Source: Cirrosporium novae-zelandiae (Eukaryota). Taken from it: a DNA stretch of 64,000 nt. Of this stretch, positions 11,772-23,728 are shown one piece after another; position 1 is the stretch's first letter; each line of letters begins with the position of its first letter. A model generated the notes under the pieces. That model searched no databases, was not told the origin of the DNA, and saw only the letters and a list, made by a program, of their open reading frames with translations. Where the stretch lies: contig JAPETS010000008.1 of NCBI GenBank assembly GCA_026023565.1, forward strand, positions 310,001 to 374,000, written 5' to 3'. The position numbers and the translations under genes were made by a program.

Positions 11772-12804
11772 TCAAGGAGCCTCGCAGAGCACCGCCCCAT
11801 CCAGCTGGCCTCCAATTTTGGTCCCCCTCCATGCTCTCGGTGTGGCATCCAGCTCGCCACCAAAGGTCATTGCCGGCCTCCCCGGACCAAGCTCGCCGGC
11901 AATGGGGGAATTATCCTGCATTCTCCCAAGCTTCTTTCTTCGCTGGCGTCGGAAGATCCAGAAGACCAGCAGGAGGAGGGAAAGGCCGATGATGGCGCTT
12001 GGAATGGCTATGGCAAGTTTGACGCCTGTGGATAGCGTAGATGATGGCGATAACAGCCCAGTGTCTGTAGAAGATGCGGTATTGGTCGGGAGTGACACGG
12101 ACGTAGAAGTCGATGAAGAGGATCCAGTCTCGCTGGCACTAGCCGTCTCAGTCCCATTTGTGGTTGTGGCTGCTGCCGTCGGCAGGGAAGAAACGGTGGA
12201 TCCCAGCAGCTTTAGGATTTCGAGATCTGTGTTCTGCCAGCGGACTTGCACGCTATGCGCGTTCATGCCCTGGCCATTGCCCGTGGTCATGTAGGAGACG
12301 GTGGTTTTTCCTTCGCTGGTTATGGTGTAGAAGGCGTCTGAGGGGAAGATGGAGGTGCAGCCGTGTGTAGAGAACCAGGGTTGGATGCCGGCAGTTTGGC
12401 AGGAGAAGCCGCTGGCGACAGAAAGAAAAAGTTAAGGTTCAGCATCCAGAAAAAAAAGGGGGGGGAGGAGGTTCATAACGAGTTGATGATGTATATAGTG
12501 TTGATGCGATGTTTCACTAAATATGGATCGAGGAAGCTCACCTCGGACAACATGTTGCGACGGTCTCAGTGAGTGAGCCAACGCTATTCAATGACGCGCA
12601 GACGCTCGTGTATCCTTCTGGACAGTAGCCCGGTGAGTAGTAATCTGTAGAATAGGAGGAAAAACTGGTGGGAAAGCAGTCGGCTGTGTCTGACGGTCCT
12701 AGGCTGATATAATATCGCCCGCTCTGCGTGTCTGTGATCCAATAAAAGTCGGTCGTACATGAGGATGCTGGGGTGAATATGGTTGTTAAAGGCGGAGGAG
12801 ACAT
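11772..12804 (-). CDS. Single-pass membrane protein with Cys-rich N-terminal domain and Ser/Thr-rich stalk (conserved fungal hypothetical), 2 exons
   Basis: Exons 12804-12542 and 12411-11772 join in frame (..CCPS/GFSC..). Motifs PLTTIFTPASSC, YYSPGYCPEGY, ATCCP, VQVRWQNTD, then TM LSTGVKLAIAIPSAIIGLSLLLLVFWIF followed by RRQRRKK. Confidence 0.85.
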
Positions 12805-13483
12805 TTGAGGAAGCCGGTTTTTTAATTTAAGTCAAAAGTTATATATATGTTCGGGACTGATAGATATCCAGATAGATGATATCAGGGAGGTGATCATCAC
12901 GACATGAGAGCAAAAAAAAAATATACAAAAGGCTGAAAAAATGAACTCAGAAAAATAAAATGGAGGAGCAAGATCGAAACGAGAAAAGATTGTAAGCCCG
13001 TAGTTCCAGCGCGGGCGGCTCAAGCAATGGATATTATATTGCCATGATACATTTTATTTTTGGGGGTTTTTCCTGCGGCATAGCAAATAAGTCTTCGGCG
13101 ACATGCATCTCTGAAACTGGATAGAGCCATTGAAAGATGATGCATCGTTTTGAGAAATACGTGATGGGCGTTAAGTTATCGAAGCCTATTGGATGGTTAT
13201 TTTTCAACTGCCGGGAGTCGCGCGCTAGTTGCGATTTGCTTGTTGTGTTGGGTGTCTGTAACCCTCGGGAAGGGTTCCGGATCGAGGCCGTGAGGTCGTT
13301 AATGCTGTCTTGTTAATTAATGCTCCGAGTGCCGATTGATAGAGGCTAGGCTTGATGGGGAATCGCCTGGTTGTTGTTCATCTCCTTATCTTCATACGTT
13401 CCACAACTCCCCCCCACTCCCCAATTATCGTCTATCTTGGAAGTCTTGAAAGTAGTAATTAATACATCTCATCATTTCATTTT

Positions 13484-15096
13484 TCAAATATAATCCTTCC
13501 CCCTAATTCTATCCTTATTTCCTGGAATCATAACCGGCAGACCATTATTCCAGCGTCCCCATCGTCTCCCTTCCCAAACCTCTTCCACCGGCTTCTTTCC
13601 CATGACCTTCTGTAATTTTACTGCATTGATCTCATTTTGATGCCATGCTCTAAGGATATTCTCGCCTAGAAATTTGCGAACCTGATCGTCTGTAGCTCCT
13701 CGTTGCATCATTGTCTCCACGAGGTAGGGGTAGTCGGATACGCCACGGATCCCGTTTGGGAGTTCGCGTGTACCGTCAAAGTCAGCTCCTATAAATAGGG
13801 AGTTAGATACTGTTTCTAATATGAAGAAATAATAAATGCGGCAGTGCGAGCTATATATTATCTCATTCGAAGGTATCTCTTGCCGACATATTGAAGTAAA
13901 TCTTTGTCAGGGACAAAGATCAATATTTGCTTGCACTATAGCATGGAGGCTACTGAGAAATATTTCTCAAGTTCTACATGCCTTTTGAAGATATTTGGGC
14001 AGATAGAGTACTTACCTATACCAACGTGATCCCAACCAGCAAGCTCGACAGCATGGAAGATGCAGTCAACAGCATCCTCGGGTGTAGCTTCACTTGGATT
14101 GTTTGCCTTGATAAACCTATTAACAAAGTATACCATCATGACTCCCCCATTTTCCTTCAGCCTGACTATAACATCATCAGGGGCGTTGCGATAATTATTC
14201 ACTATACTGTAACAGCCTGTATGGGAGAATATTACTGGCGACGTGGTGATGTCGAGCACATCTCGCATAGTGCGATGGGATACGTGGCTGAGATCGACCA
14301 TCATCCCAAGCCTGTTCATCTCCTGCACGGCTGCTCTTCCGAATTCTGTCAGCCCTCCATCTTTCCCTGTTTCGGTGACCGTGGAAGCTGCCGTAGCAAA
14401 GGGGTTATCGCAGTTGTGTGTGAAAGTAATGTACCGAACTCCAAGATCCCAGAATTGCCTGATCACAGCAATTGCCGAACCAGCTTGGTGTAGGCCTTCA
14501 GCTCCAAGCATAGAGGCAATTCGACCAGATTTGAAGGCTTTGTGTGCACACGAAGATGTCTCGCAGTAGTGAAGCTCGGGGTACTCGTTAAATATCCGTT
14601 TGGCGACGTCTATCTGCTCCAAAGTATCGCGAACGTTGTGGTTTGGGTCATCCAAGTGGACTATGTCTGGGCATTCGACATATACGGACCAAAACTGCCC
14701 TCCCACCCGGCCATCTTTCATCCGTTTTAAGTCTGTGTGACATGCAAGTCCTTCGCGAAACGTGAAGCGGCGATCGTAGATTTTATTTTTCAACTCTAAT
14801 CTCGTCAAGTATGGTAAATCGTTGTGGCCATCGATGAGCGGGGTTGTCTTCATAACATGGTCTGTCCGTGCCTTGTAATCCAAAGGATCAATGGGCCGCT
14901 GTCCCATATTCATCCATGAGAATAATCCAAGTCCGATAGAAGTTAAGGCAATTAGACCTTTCTTAATACTGAAAAAAGGTGACGTCCGTTTGTCGTGGTG
15001 GAGTACAACCTGACGACTCTCGGCGTAGCTCCGTCCATTCTGTCCCTCCTCTTCTGTAGGTTTTCTCTGTCTAATTTCGACGTTTTGGACCTCCAT
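13484..15096 (-). CDS. Membrane dipeptidase, peptidase family M19 (renal dipeptidase-like), with N-terminal membrane anchor, 2 exons
   Basis: Exons 15096-14016 and 13788-13484. Metal-binding motifs PLIDGHNDL, GGQFWS, GAEG, FTHNCDN, VDLSH, IFSH, HVGIGADFDG, LGEN.LR. Confidence 0.93.
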
Positions 15097-15563
15097 ATCA
15101 TACGGTCAAACGGGGATTCTCATCTCTAAGAAATGAGCTGACATCTTTCTATTTTGTATCTGGGTGTATATTTATCCGGTTGATGCTTTCTTATCATCGT
15201 TTCCCCACTTTGCGGTCATTCGGAATTAGGACGTTGGATAGGAACATTCCGCGGTATCAAGCGAGGACGATCGACGATATTACTTGTAGCTTGGCCGACT
15301 TCGGCGGCACCAAACAGCTAGAAGACATAGTAATATGATGGTATGGTACGAAACATTTCCCAGAAGCTCTTCGAAAAGATAAAATACCGAGGTTGGATTT
15401 ATATCCGAGAGCTTGAGTTACAGGACATAACGAAAAAGGACATCTTATCATTATTGAAAGTAAGTACCATTGCTCAATTCGAGAGAGTTTTATCTCTTTA
15501 GTTTATCGCTTTTAGATCTCCTTAGCATCATACCTAGCATTATATCTGGGATAGAAAAGTCAT

Positions 15564-16731
15564 CTATAACGATGCCTTTGCGTCAGCGTCTTTTCCAAAA
15601 ACCATCTTTATAACTTCATCTGCAACCCCCCAACTCAACTCATATCCCCTACCACAAGCCCCATACGAATGTACCACCCTCTTTGCATCTCCCTTTTCTT
15701 CGATCTCTAATCTCATTCCATCGCCCCTCATTGGCCGCCTACCCACGCTTTGCCTCACAATATCGAACCCGCCTTCCGCATTCAGCATTGCTGGATGCAT
15801 GTGCGCGGCATCACGAAGCATACGCTCTAAGACGGCAGGGTCCGGATTCGGGTCCCAGTTGTTGGCTTGTTTCGTGCCGCCGATGAGGGTACCCCCATTG
15901 AGAGGACGCGGAATAATGTATGACCAGGAACCATCCTCATTTTGTTGGGTTACAGTTCGATCGCAGGGGTTTGATACAGTAACGGTTTGGCCTGAAATTA
16001 AAAGGTTAAATTAGCGAAAAAACAACAATTCTAGCAGAGTCATGGCTTAGGAAGGGTTATCGAACCTCTTGAAATAAAAACAGCTGGATCGTTAAAGCCC
16101 TTCCCTGAAGCGTTGACCACCGTCTTGGCATTGGGCACAAGTACAAAAACTTCTTCCGGGGCCTGAAGCTGATACTTCATCGTCTTCCCTCCCTTGAGCT
16201 CGAATTTCCGTAATAGGTGTTCGCAGTACAACGGAGAGTTGATACACCACGAGTCATACAAATATCCATGCTTTATCCCTTCTGGTAACTCGCTCTTTTC
16301 CAAAACCCTAAAATTCGGTAACGCGGGGCATGCTTTAAGGTTCAAGTACGTTGGACTGGGTGCCGGAAAGTATTCATAGTGATCGAAAAACCCAATGCCA
16401 CATTCAGGCTCATTGGCAAGCTGCGATACGAAGACGGCATAGCTCTTGTTTGCCCATTGAGCTTCGCGGATTTCTTGCTCTGTGTCTTCAGGTACATAGC
16501 GATAATGGGCACCCGCCCACGACGAGGCGTAGTTGGGGGACCTGTCTGAAGGGAATTCTCGGGCAATTATGAGGACACGTTGTTTGCGACTTGCGCATTC
16601 TTGGATACGAAGAGCTGCGGAGAGGCCAATAATGCCAGCACTAGGGTTCGATGATGTTAATAAACATGACAAAAGTAAGAAAATGAGAATGTTTTAGGTT
16701 ACCCGATTACAACAATTGTCTCCTCCGCCAT
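15564..16731 (-). CDS. FAD-dependent D-amino-acid oxidase family protein, 3 exons
   Basis: Micro first exon MAEETIVVIG joins AGIIGLSAA (GxGxxG). Further motifs YASSWAGA, VVNASG, RGQT, YIIPRP, GRRP.R, VVHSYGACGRGYELSWGVA. Confidence 0.9.
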
Positions 16732-17959
16732 TATGAGTCAAGTACTAATGTCGATTAGAAATATGTAATGTATGTGTACCAACTCAATAAGCTATATCCC
16801 ATAAATCATAAAATCAATTGAAGGTGTTCAACAAAGCAAACTTGACGGGCTTATAGAGATCCATATATGACGACCTTCAACGGGGCATTTTCATCGGTAC
16901 CGAACGATGGTCACTATCTATCATGAGACCATTACTCGATTACATATTAGCAGGGCTCCGAGATCGCTGTAGTTACGGTGTAGTTGGATAAAATAATAAT
17001 ACACAATGAAGCACCCAACGAGGGCTTTTGATGCTCATCGACTTGAGTAATTAATAGAAGAAATAGACATATCAATGGCTACATCCGAGAATAACCAACG
17101 TTAACCTTAGATAAGGAGAATTAGTTTGTTGCAGGCTCGCAACTGATCGGCCAATGCCGCCTTCAAGCTGCCCGAAATGCCGTTCTAGCACGTGTAAAAA
17201 GGCCTTTCGAGAGAGCTTGAAGCTTCAAGGGCGGAAACGTGGGCGGAACTTGAAAGTGGGTCATGCTTTGAAGGATGATGTTACGGGTTACCAACAGTTA
17301 TACAAGTATGTGCCTCAGGCATCACTATATGGATTATCACGTGACAATTATCACATGACCATGTCACTTGTCGTTCTTGTGTATAACTGCAATTCTCACC
17401 ATATTCTAGACCTTAGTCATCAATAGTGGTCTCCTAGCGGTCTCCTGGTGGTCGTCATAGCAGATGGGCGATGATAAGGATGGCGGTTCCCTAGGGGTGT
17501 TGATTGGCCATCAGACTTCCTTGGCAAACAACTGCAAGCGCCAGTGCCACCTCCAACTTAACCCTCAGCCTATTGTGAGAGCAATGTCAATGGATTGTCA
17601 GTAGGCTGTCAGCAACCATTCAAGCTTACCTCCAGACTAGAAACTATGATTCGACAATCATTAGAAATTGTTGTTGACATTGTAGGCCTAGGGTTGCAGA
17701 CCGGCAATTGGATCGTCTCAATATGCTTTGACGTTTGTGACAGTGAGAAGCGCTTCATGCATGACCATGTTATTGGATTGTACATCTCTAACAGTTCTGA
17801 TGCTGTTTCAGGAAACCTTTTCTCACTTTCCTAAATAATGTTATTCTTCCTGTATTTCCTTTTCTCTTCTCGATTCCAACATTTCGCCTTTTAACTTACT
17901 ACCTGTTAGTGGAGTATCGGAATCAAAAATTGTTTCCTCGATGGTTCTTGAAGATCAAA

Positions 17960-19270
17960 ATGAGCGGAATGATGAGGTATCTGGAGGATCTTTACTATAG
18001 CTTGCCGGCACTTCCGTGTTGCGCAGATCCTCATCCAGAGAGAAGGAGCAGTCCAAGCATCGGTAAGAAGGTATCTTATTATCATGGGAGTCCCCACTCA
18101 CAAATCATCTTAGGCTTTGAGAAAGAAATGAATGTATGCCATCAACAACCTCACCTCATTTCTCCCATGAGACTCACGGTGTTTGACGATCTACCAACTG
18201 CGCGAACTTCGTCGCATCTAACTTCGTCGCATCTCTCCGAATGGGTTTCTGAGGGCCGACAGCTAGTATCAAGAGCATCTAGCCGAGCTAGTATGCCGTT
18301 GAGGAGGAAACCGACAAGGCCTACCATCTCAGGTCCACTAGAACTTCAGGGTAACGAGGTTACTCTCCGGAAACAACCCAGTCTCAGACGTCTGGAGCTG
18401 AGCATTTATCTTCCTGGCAATCGTCTATCTCCGCTTCCAGATTTCGTCGATGCCTTTAAGGAAGATGATGTTGGAATTCCATACCCGGAGCCTGCATTAC
18501 TACGCACGAGATCCGATACTGTGTTATCGAATCCTCAGCCACCAATATTCAAAATCCCTAGAAAACCTGTCTCTACGATGGGGTATCACAGCAGAAATTC
18601 ATCTCGACTTAGCAGCGCCAATCACCACGGAATTACAGAGTTGGATCCTCGGTCTCATCCCATGAATATTCAACCTCCTCCTATTGAGCAAAGTTCCTCC
18701 ATAAATATAACTGCACGATCTGAGAAGCGGATATCCTCAAGACCTCGGCCATCAACTGATTCTTATTCACTGAAGGACCAATCCACGGAGCAGATCGACG
18801 AAGTGGAAAAAGCAAATGTCATTCATACCATCGTTGAGGAACTCAATGCTAGTCCCGTGCCACTTCAACCCGCGTCTTTACGACCTGCCTTACCTCATGC
18901 TAGTCGCTCTCCATCACCAGCCGTGAAGGAGGCAACATCCGTATTACTGTCCGATATGGGCTATTCTCGAGGACCAATTGGTTCGACAGTATCGCAACAG
19001 TCGAATAAGAACCGCATTACAGAATGGTTATCTCATTCAACCAAAAGCCTACCCGAAGTACCCAAGACGCCTCCTCCTAACGGATCGAAACCCTGGCCCT
19101 CACCCCCGAAAACAAGCCATACTCGTTTCTCCAGTCTATCAACGTCAGTATCTACGGATTGGCAACGTGACGACGTGTCAAGCTTCACAACTACCACCTT
19201 CTCGACGCCACAGAAGGGCATCAATGTTGTACTAGAGCATTCTCCGACAAGCGTTGGTATTGCACTTTGA
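17960..19270 (+). CDS. Ser/Pro-rich, largely disordered hypothetical protein
   Basis: Long open frame with first ATG at 17960 and a conserved-looking island LELSIYLPGNRLSPLPDF. Possible in-frame intron at 18063-18113. Confidence 0.75.
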   Translation: MSGMMRYLEDLYYSLPALPCCADPHPERRSSPSIGKKVSYYHGSPHSQIILGFEKEMNVCHQQPHLISPMRLTVFDDLPTARTSSHLTSSHLSEWVSEGRQLVSRASSRASMPLRRKPTRPTISGPLELQGNEVTLRKQPSLRRLELSIYLPGNRLSPLPDFVDAFKEDDVGIPYPEPALLRTRSDTVLSNPQPPIFKIPRKPVSTMGYHSRNSSRLSSANHHGITELDPRSHPMNIQPPPIEQSSSINITARSEKRISSRPRPSTDSYSLKDQSTEQIDEVEKANVIHTIVEELNASPVPLQPASLRPALPHASRSPSPAVKEATSVLLSDMGYSRGPIGSTVSQQSNKNRITEWLSHSTKSLPEVPKTPPPNGSKPWPSPPKTSHTRFSSLSTSVSTDWQRDDVSSFTTTTFSTPQKGINVVLEHSPTSVGIAL

Positions 19271-19898
19271 TATGTCCTCAATGCAAAATTAGAGGCGCAA
19301 TAATGGCTCATGTTAGGGAACAATCAGGATCACAGGTCTAATATTTGTAGGGAGGGCAAAAACGGGTTTCAAAAAACTTCTCGGATGGTCGGACGGCGGG
19401 TCATTCTTTTCTCTTTTGTATGTATGTACCATAACTAGTGATACCCCCCACCCCTCTCGGTGGCAACGAAAGTGGAACCGGGAACGTGTTGTTTATAACG
19501 GAAAGGAAGGAACTAGGACACCGTTCTGAGTTGGCAGGAGGTATCTAATATAGTCAGGGCTGCGCCCGGTCACACAAATCTTAGCTTGTAGATAGAAGAT
19601 CTACAAATGTGAAAGGAAAGGAGTAATGACGATGATCATTAGTCTTTGAGACAGAGAGGTCTTTTAGATATATAATATGAGTCTCATCTCTACCGTCCAT
19701 CAGATATGCTACTTCCTATGGTGTTATTTATTGATCCTACTTTCAGCCGTCGTCCTGTCATTGTGTCTTCGAATCTCGTAGGCCTTAATACTGTTTACAA
19801 ATTTCCCACCCCTGAGTTTTCATTTCCAAGAAACAAAGCCATATTTATTATTCTAACTATCTATTTACTCATGTAAAAAAAGACCTTCCCCCCCCCAT

Positions 19899-21868
19899 TT
19901 ACTCAAACAACCGATTAAACCAACTCGCCGGCTTCGACCTTAGCGGTGGCACATACAATTCCTCATAGACATCGATTTCTTTCTTCGTCGTCCCAAGAGT
20001 CAAGTCGGCAACCTCGGGGCGAACGTATTTAGTCCGTTTAACCAATTTCCACCCGATAAACGCGAGAGGAAATGCTGCTAGCATGGTGTAGTCGAGGAAG
20101 AAGTACTAGGAAGGGGGATCATCAGTTCAGGTTTTTCTTATCGTATTATAAGTGGGATGGGATTCCCTGCTTGCTTACTAGAAGGCTCCAACCTCCTGTG
20201 ATGAAGAGGTCATATCCGAGGACTAGCATCATCACAACGACTCCGCCAGTTGCGTAATATGCTGCATAAGGCTGTAGCTTTCCAATGTAGGGTAGGCTTG
20301 ACCGATCAACGCCTTGGACCTTCATGGCGCGGTGGAAGTGGAGATATGTGATTCCAACAGCCATCTGCTATGGTTAGGGAATCCATATATTGATTTCAGT
20401 TCTTTTGATGAATAGGACTCACATAGTTTAGGAGCTGACAGGCGGTGATGAGATAAACGAGCCACGTAAGGACTGAGGCCGAGGAGTTGCTGACTTGGAG
20501 AAATGCAAGTAGGCAGAAGAGAAGAGCACCGATGACGGAGAAGTAAGGCACACCAGCCTTTGTGCATCGCGAAAAGAAGGCAGGGGCTTTCTTTTGGATG
20601 GACATCCCGTACAGCGCACGGGCTGCGGAAAATAGGAGGCCGTTGCCTGAGCTGAACACCGAGGTCATGATCAAGGCATTCACGACGTGAGGAAGCCCGG
20701 AGATCTTGAGCCGGTCCATAGCTATAACATATGGGCTTGCCGCTGCCGTCGAAGATTTAGTGCCATCTAGCACCTTAGCCAGGGTGGGGTCATTATAAGG
20801 GATGACGATGCCGATACACAGAGACCCAATAATGAAGAAGAACAGCATCCGCCACATAAATGATCGGAATGCTCTGGGGAGGATCTTTCTTGGACGCTTC
20901 GTCTCCGATGCCACCATGGAGATGTATTCGGGACCGCAGATGGTGAAGGACGCCTGGACCATGGAGCTGACAATTGCAAGGAAACGGCCGGTATTTCCTG
21001 GTGCTAAGTGCTCGACAAATGCGCCAGGCTTATTCCAGTATCGGAATCCGTAAACGTCGTGCAGAGGGTTTCCTCCAACCATTGTAATGAATGTGAAGAA
21101 GATGCAACCTAGTATTAAGAGCACTTTGAATATTGAAAAGTAGAACTCGGCGATGCCGAAATATCTCACAGAGATCAAATTCAAAAGCCTAATGACTTGG
21201 TCAGTTCTATAATTGTCATAGACGGTCGTGAGGAGTTGTATCGGCTAAGTCTCTCTAAGGTCAACGCCTCACTCCAGAGGGAGACCCAGGACCATGCATC
21301 GCACAGATTCAAGTAGGATGAAATAACCGCGAAGCAAAACTTACGAATAAAGCACAATCACAACGATAATGACGACCTCAACGGGTACCTTGTCCGTCCA
21401 ATAATTTAACAATAGATTCAAAGCCACAATCTCATAGGGTACCAGCAATGCCATATTCAAGAAATAGTTCCACCCCATGGCAAATGAAAGAGCTTCATCC
21501 ACCCATTTCCCACCAAGTTGAACAAACGGTGACGGAATAGGAAGATAGCAGACCATCTCCGCAAAGCACTCATTAACCGCCAACATGACGGTTCCATACC
21601 AGACAAATCCAATAAACAGCCCAGCGGGACCTGATTTGGGGAGGACGCTGCCCATCTGGACGAACAGAGATGTTCCAATTGCGGCCCCAAGGGCAAACAG
21701 CTGAACCTCTCTCCCTCGCAATTTTCGATGTAAATGGTCGGACCCAGACGTTTCGATCTCCCCTACTCCAACATCTTCACCAGGGCTGGACGTAGAGTCT
21801 GCCGACGCTTCGACTGTTCCTTGGAGTTTTTCGTTCTTTTCATGGTCGTATATCGCATTCGAAGCCAT
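19899..21868 (-). CDS. Amino-acid permease (APC superfamily, YAT-like), 4 exons
   Basis: Exons 21868-21345, 21188-20423, 20364-20179 and 20105-19899. Motifs LHRKL.GR.VQLFALGAAIGTSLF, AEM..YLP, FAMGWNY, FGIAEF, GFRYW..PG, GPE, SPYVIA, LPY....QPY. Confidence 0.95.
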
Positions 21869-22502
21869 GGCGGAAGGGGAAAAGGGGGAGGGGGGCTCGG
21901 TTCATACTCCCAGTCGAGTAAATGTGTAGGAAAAACGAAGGAAACGGAAGCGATATATATCAATGAAACCAAACATATTTTTAGCACGTTATTCCTAAAA
22001 CGTTCACTGTTGGGTGATGTTCAAAGCTAGGATGAGATGATAATAACTTAGATAAAGATTCGGGGTTCAACTTCTATGAGTGGAGATGTCCATGGGCGTC
22101 CCCATTCTTGACCCATCTACTTTCTAGATAAGGTCTAATTGAGCTGGCTGATTGGGCTTTCTTGAAATTTAATTCGTGAAAAACCAAGACGAGCTGTTGC
22201 TCTTGGGTGCTGGTAGCTTCATCGTATAGTTAAACGCTTAAAGGAAAAATGCATTACTTTTCTATTGCCGTATTCCAGCTAAGCTTCATAAAAAGTATTA
22301 ATTATCGTGGTGTTTTAAGATCCTTATCCAATTAGCCTCGGTTCATTGCCTAAGCCTAATGCAAACAATGCAAACCACTGAATCTTGAACCTCTGAGCCT
22401 GGCTCTATCTCATAGCTCTACAGCTCGATAGCTCAACAGTTTCTATTTTCGTAACAATTTCAATATCCATCTTTCTCAATCTCCGTCCAGATACCATTGA
22501 GA

Positions 22503-23537
22503 ATGCCGCCTAAAAAAAAAGCCCGCATCTTGTCTCGTGCCGCTTCTACACCATCGCAAGTCGCCCAACCAACCATTGAGGCTTCAGAAACAACTGCAAC
22601 TCCAAACAAACCAACCGTCGAGGAAGCCAATGAGGAGCTACTCAAAGATCCATGGACCGATGAGGAGGAGACCGCATTATTTAAAGCCATGATTAGATGG
22701 AAGCCGGTGGGTGTGTCTCCAGTTTAACCCTGACGAACGGAGGTCTCGCTGTAAGGATATAATAGAATTATTTACTAATGCGCATGTGTCCTTTCAAAGG
22801 AATGCATAAGCATTTTCGAATGATAGCTATATCGGAACATTTACAAAGGAACGGCCATCATCCTAAGACATCACCACATACTAGAATTCCTGGAATATGG
22901 AAGAAGCTGAATATGCTCTACAATCTGGAGGCATTGGACGAGAGGGTACACATTTCCCTAGACAGGACCGATAGAGACACGCATTTATTCTAAGTACCTA
23001 GTTAGGAAGATTCTTACCCTGAAGGGTCACCAGACGACAGCTACACGGCGGCCGACTTTTTCCACCCATTCGAATTACCAGAGGCCGAATTCGGCCGACT
23101 GATGTTCGAACGCCGTCTTGCACGCGAACCGTCCTCCTCCCCACCTTACGATATGGATACACCGATCAGAGAGAGCACGGTTGCAGACACAGAAGGTCCA
23201 AAATCCCTCAAGCAATCCTTGGTAATGGTTCTGATCTGATGGCTGATCTTTCGTAGATTCAGCATCATCCAGACCCCCTTCCCGTGGGGATACCGGAAAA
23301 GGGACCCGTAGAAGCACGCGACGATCGCTACTCCAACATGAAGCAACGCGAAAATCGAGCAAGGAGTCAAGTAGAGCAGGATCTACGATCGATGGAGACG
23401 TGTCAATGCGGGACTCCAGCGAAACTGAGGAGGGAGATGGTGAGGAACATGAGAATTCCCGCACAACCAGGCATACTGGAAGGACAGCCAGAGGGCGTGG
23501 TCGTGGCGGTGGCGGTAGACGAGGTCGCAAACGGTAA
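22503..23537 (+). CDS. EAF7: NuA4 complex subunit Eaf7 (CT20/MRGBP family), multi-exon
   Basis: WTDEEETALFKAMIRWKPVG/MHKHFRMIAI...HTRIPGIWKKL..LYNLEALDERE...FELP, ending in a basic RG-rich C-terminus. Confidence 0.9.
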
Positions 23538-23728
23538 TGGGTAGCAATTGCCACTAGAGGCAAGGGCATACTCTCTTCTGTATTATATTTTGGGTGGCAA
23601 TTCTCATGATGGGTGTATAAAAAGTATTCGAGGCTAGGGGAGCCTTTAGAGCATATCACGAACGCCGTAGGCCTCAGAAATCCAAACGGTTTTTTTCCCG
23701 CGGCCATGCGCTTTCAATAAATGTAGCC

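Noticed and set aside
2984..16731. Gliotoxin/ETP-type cluster suggested by dipeptidase + O-methyltransferase + MFS
   Set aside because: No NRPS, glutathione S-transferase, C-S lyase, P450 or thioredoxin-reductase-like gene is present, and the dipeptidase has a membrane anchor.
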